Shown one piece after another: positions 27,041-30,333 of a stretch of DNA of 30,333 nucleotides. The stretch comes from Bdellovibrio sp. GTDB lineage: Bacteria > Bdellovibrionota > Bdellovibrionia > Bdellovibrionales > Bdellovibrionaceae. Made by a program: the position numbers and the translations under genes. The notes beneath the pieces were generated by a model that saw nothing but the letters and a program-made list of their open reading frames with translations, was not told the DNA's origin and searched no databases. The DNA is taken from positions 1 to 30,333 of the forward strand of contig JBKCUU010000066.1 in the NCBI GenBank assembly GCA_046318155.1, read 5' to 3'. The first letter of the stretch is position 1. Every line of letters begins with the position of its first letter.

Positions 27041-27163
27041 TAGCTGGTTATTCGTCTCAAGGAGGCTCGATCCCACGCCTGAACCTCGCGCGTTCCCCGT
27101 GAAAAAATTAGAACGGATGCCACCGCTGACGAAAGCGCGGTTTGGGCTTCTGAAGCCATTTTT

Positions 27164-28813
27164 CTATTCAAGCCAGAGTGATTTTACCCCGCGCTCTTGC
27201 GCGACCTCTTTGGCAGCTTCATACCCCGCATCGAGGTGACGAAACACACCCATTGCCGGATCCGCCGTGAGCACCCGCTCAAGCCGCTTGGCGGCCTCGG
27301 GAGTTCCGTCAGCTAGGATGACTTGACCCGAGTGCTGACTGTAACCCATGCCCACACCGCCGCCATGGTGTAAAGACACCCAGGTCGCGCCGCAAGCCGT
27401 GTTCACCATCGCATTCAACAAAGGCCAATCACTAACAGCATCAGAGCCATCCTTCATCGCCTCCGTTTCACGGTTGGGCGAAGCCACGCTTCCGCAATCC
27501 AAATGATCGCGGCCAATGACGATGGGAGCTTTTACCTTTCTGGTTCGAACGAGTTCGTTAAAGAGCAAACCCGCTTTGGCGCGCTCGCCATACTCGAGCC
27601 AGCAAATGCGTGCCGGCAAGCCTTGAAAGTGAATGCGCTTTTCTGCCATCTCGAGCCAACGCAAGAGATCTTTTTTATACGGAAACAACTCGCGAAGCGC
27701 ATCGTCAGTGACTTTGATATCCGCCGGATCCCCGCTCAAGGCCACCCAACGGAACGGACCACTTCCTTTGCAGAACAAGGGGCGAATGTAGGCCGGCACA
27801 AATCCCGGAAAATCAAAGGCCTCTTGGACTCCCCACTCCTGAGCTCGAGCACGCAAATTGTTGCCGTAATCAAAAGTGATGGCGCCGCGTTTTTTCATCT
27901 CGAGCATCCCGCGCACATGGTGGGCCATGCTGTCGTAAACTTTGTCTAAATAAGCTTTCTCGTTCTCTTCACGAAACTGCTTGGCCTTCTCAACGCTGTA
28001 ACCAACCGGAATATACCCCACCAGTGGATCATGCGCTGAGGTCTGATCCGTTAAAAGATCGGGAGTAAAGTTTTTCTCAATCATCTGCCAAATCACTTCA
28101 GACATGTTGCCCAAAAGCGCAATCGACTTGGCTTCTTTGGCCGCCGTATATTTGCGGACGCGCGCAAGGGCATCATCAAGATCGGTTGCGACCTCGTCGA
28201 CGTAGCCCGTTTTCAATCGCTTTTGAATGCTCTCGGGATCAACTTCAACGGCCAAAACGGTGGCGCCCGCAAAAACACCGGCCAGTGGCTGGGCGCCGCC
28301 CATCCCGCCAAGACCGGCGGTCAAGATCACGCGGCCTGAAAGACCCGCTTCACCAAAAGCTTGGCGACCGGCTTCAACAAACGTTTCATAGGTACCTTGA
28401 ATAATTCCTTGGGTGCCAATGTAAATCCAAGAGCCCGCCGTCATCTGGCCGAACATCATCAAGCCTTTGCGGTCGAGCTCATTAAAATGCTCCCACGTCG
28501 CCCACTTCGGAACCAAATTGGAGTTGGCAATCAAAACTCGGGGGGCATCTGTGTGGGTGCGCAAAATGCCAATCGGTTTTCCGCTTTGAATCAATAGAGT
28601 TTCATCATTCTCGAGAGTTTTAAGAGCCGACAAAATTTTATCAAAGCACTCCCAGTTGCGGGCCGCTTTTCCGATGCCGCCGTAGACAATCAGTTGATCA
28701 GGATTTTCGGCAACCATCGGGTCCAAATTGTTTTGCAGCATGCGGTACGCAGCTTCTTGTTGCCAGCCTTTGCAATTGAGTTTGGTTCCAGTTGGCGCTT
28801 TGATTATTCTCAT
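27164..28813 (-). CDS. hutU: Urocanate hydratase
   Basis: [68 protein letters not shown] and HHGGGVG. AAGGAG SD. Confidence 0.97.
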   Translation of the reverse strand: MRIIKAPTGTKLNCKGWQQEAAYRMLQNNLDPMVAENPDQLIVYGGIGKAARNWECFDKILSALKTLENDETLLIQSGKPIGILRTHTDAPRVLIANSNLVPKWATWEHFNELDRKGLMMFGQMTAGSWIYIGTQGIIQGTYETFVEAGRQAFGEAGLSGRVILTAGLGGMGGAQPLAGVFAGATVLAVEVDPESIQKRLKTGYVDEVATDLDDALARVRKYTAAKEAKSIALLGNMSEVIWQMIEKNFTPDLLTDQTSAHDPLVGYIPVGYSVEKAKQFREENEKAYLDKVYDSMAHHVRGMLEMKKRGAITFDYGNNLRARAQEWGVQEAFDFPGFVPAYIRPLFCKGSGPFRWVALSGDPADIKVTDDALRELFPYKKDLLRWLEMAEKRIHFQGLPARICWLEYGERAKAGLLFNELVRTRKVKAPIVIGRDHLDCGSVASPNRETEAMKDGSDAVSDWPLLNAMVNTACGATWVSLHHGGGVGMGYSQHSGQVILADGTPEAAKRLERVLTADPAMGVFRHLDAGYEAAKEVAQERGVKSLWLE

Positions 28814-28844
28814 TGGCAGCGATCTCCTTCAAAATTTTAAAAAA

Positions 28845-30332
28845 CTACCACTCGAGCGAGCCCGTGTGTTTTTCAACCAGCTTCGAGATGGCGCGAGACT
28901 CGATCAGCGAGGAACACGCTTGCATGTCCAACGCAAACACCCGGTCTTTTTTAGCGTAGGGAGCTTTCTCACGAACAAGGGAGTGTAAGGCTTCAAGAGC
29001 GGGCGTTGTTTTCAAAGGGCGCAAGATATCGAGCGCCTGCGAAGCACTTAAAAGCTCCATGCCCAGCACATGGCGAGCATGGGTCAAAATCGTTCGAAAC
29101 TTGCGCGCGGCAATTGTGCCCATACTCACATGATCTTCTTTATCTGCACTGGTTGGAATCGAATCCACACTCGCAGGATGAGCTAAAACTTTGTTCTCGC
29201 TCACTAAACTTGCGGCGGCGACCTGCACGATCATGTGGCCTGAATTGAGTCCACCATCAACCGTCAAAAACGCAGGGAGTGCACTCATCGCCGGGTTGAT
29301 GAGTTTGGCAATCCGCTGCTCACTGATACTGGCCAACGACGAAAAACAAATACCGGCAAAATCCATCGAGAAGGCCACGGGCATGCCGTGAAAGTTTCCG
29401 CAGGACAGAACTTTATTCTCAGTCGCAAACACCAGGGGATTATCGGTCGAAGAATTGGCCTCGGTCTCGAGCACACGCCAGACGTGGGCCAGGGTGTCTT
29501 TCACAGCCCCATGCACAGCGGGCATACAGCGCAGTGAATAGGCGTCTTGCACACGATTGCAATCGCGGTGACTTTCGGCAATGGCCGAGGTCTCGCCCAA
29601 AATCTTCATGAGGTTGCGCGCGGTCTTGGCTTCGCCGGGGTGGGCCCGGGTGGCCGAGATCAAAGGATCAAAGGCTTTGCGTGAGCCCATCAAAGTCTCG
29701 AGCGAGAGCGCGCCAATGACATCGGCGGCCAAGACAATCTCGCGGGCTTCGCCCGCCGCTAACATGCCGACAGCCGTCATCACCTGACAACCATTGATCA
29801 ACGAGAGGCCCTCTTTGGCTTTTAAAACCAGTGGGTGAAGATTCTTTTTTTGCAAAACGTCTTGGACAGCGACACGCCGGCCGTCATCACTCCAGCACTC
29901 ACCCTCACCTATCAGTGCAAGCGCTAAGTGAGACAGCGGAGCCAAATCACCACTGGCGCCCACCGATCCTTGCGAGGGGATCACGGGAATAATGTCATGA
30001 TTTAAAAAATCAAGAATCTTTTCGACAACGGCAGGACGGATCCCGCTGTGTCCACGCGCCAAGGCATTGGCGCGCAAAAGCATCATGGCGCGGGTCTGTT
30101 GTTTAGTAAAAGGTTCGCCGATGCCCGCCGAGTGCGAGCGGATGAGGTTGCGCTGAAGCTCTTCGATTTCTGAATCGCTGATTCGAACCGATGAAAACGC
30201 GCCAAAGCCGGTGTTCACACCGTACATGACTTCACCCGACGAAATGCGCTTGTCGATATAATCGCGCGAAGCCTGCCTCTTTTGCTTTGAATCCGAACTC
30301 AAAGCAAATTTGTCATTCCCAGCCGCAGCCAG
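28845..30332 (-). CDS. hutH: Histidine ammonia-lyase (5' end outside the window)
   Basis: YGVNTGFG, MIO-forming GSVGASGDLAPL, KEGLSLING, VQDAYSLRC, STDNP, GNFHG and EDHVSMG. The frame stays open to the window edge. Confidence 0.96.
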   Translation of the reverse strand: MAAAGNDKFALSSDSKQKRQASRDYIDKRISSGEVMYGVNTGFGAFSSVRISDSEIEELQRNLIRSHSAGIGEPFTKQQTRAMMLLRANALARGHSGIRPAVVEKILDFLNHDIIPVIPSQGSVGASGDLAPLSHLALALIGEGECWSDDGRRVAVQDVLQKKNLHPLVLKAKEGLSLINGCQVMTAVGMLAAGEAREIVLAADVIGALSLETLMGSRKAFDPLISATRAHPGEAKTARNLMKILGETSAIAESHRDCNRVQDAYSLRCMPAVHGAVKDTLAHVWRVLETEANSSTDNPLVFATENKVLSCGNFHGMPVAFSMDFAGICFSSLASISEQRIAKLINPAMSALPAFLTVDGGLNSGHMIVQVAAASLVSENKVLAHPASVDSIPTSADKEDHVSMGTIAARKFRTILTHARHVLGMELLSASQALDILRPLKTTPALEALHSLVREKAPYAKKDRVFALDMQACSSLIESRAISKLVEKHTGSLEW

Positions 30333-30333
30333 C

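Noticed and set aside
27123..27158. Hammerhead ribozyme core (CTGACGA)
   Set aside because: No GAAA correctly placed after a stem II, and no supporting stems I and III.

Overview
Gene-dense bacterial chromosome segment. Tandem trypsin-fold lipoproteins, a Flp/Tad-type prepilin and an SLT-like exported protein suggest a Bdellovibrionota-like predator; this is inference. Left (1-6.1 kb): a coupled minus-strand operon (DoxX-like, renalase-like flavoprotein, DUF2256/DUF3253 fusion, cryptochrome DASH), divergent from a second DoxX-like gene, a YbjT-like SDR and a TerC/Alx transporter. Next come selD-mnmH(selU) for tRNA 2-selenouridine, an SRPBCC-like exported protein, an HNH endonuclease remnant and glpK divergent from a PlsC-family acyltransferase. 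These are followed by three tandem S1 serine protease lipoproteins, a pilin-like gene, gpmA-hutI, sucA-sucB-lpdA, an agmatinase-family ureohydrolase, an SLT-like protein, an orphan CapA-family protein, hutU and a 5'-truncated hutH. Non-coding highlights: a palindromic dispersed repeat in two inverted copies (72-143 vs 9029-9100, 64/72 identical by manual alignment), each starting at a gene's stop codon, one abutting the HNH remnant; a CIRCE-geometry inverted repeat upstream of the protease trio; a probable leaderless selD promoter; a 15-bp coding VNTR in hutI; and a 23-bp duplication plus (TCTTA)n tract upstream of the ureohydrolase. No rRNA, tRNA, CRISPR array or intact transposase was seen. 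All family calls come from motif recognition, not database searches.
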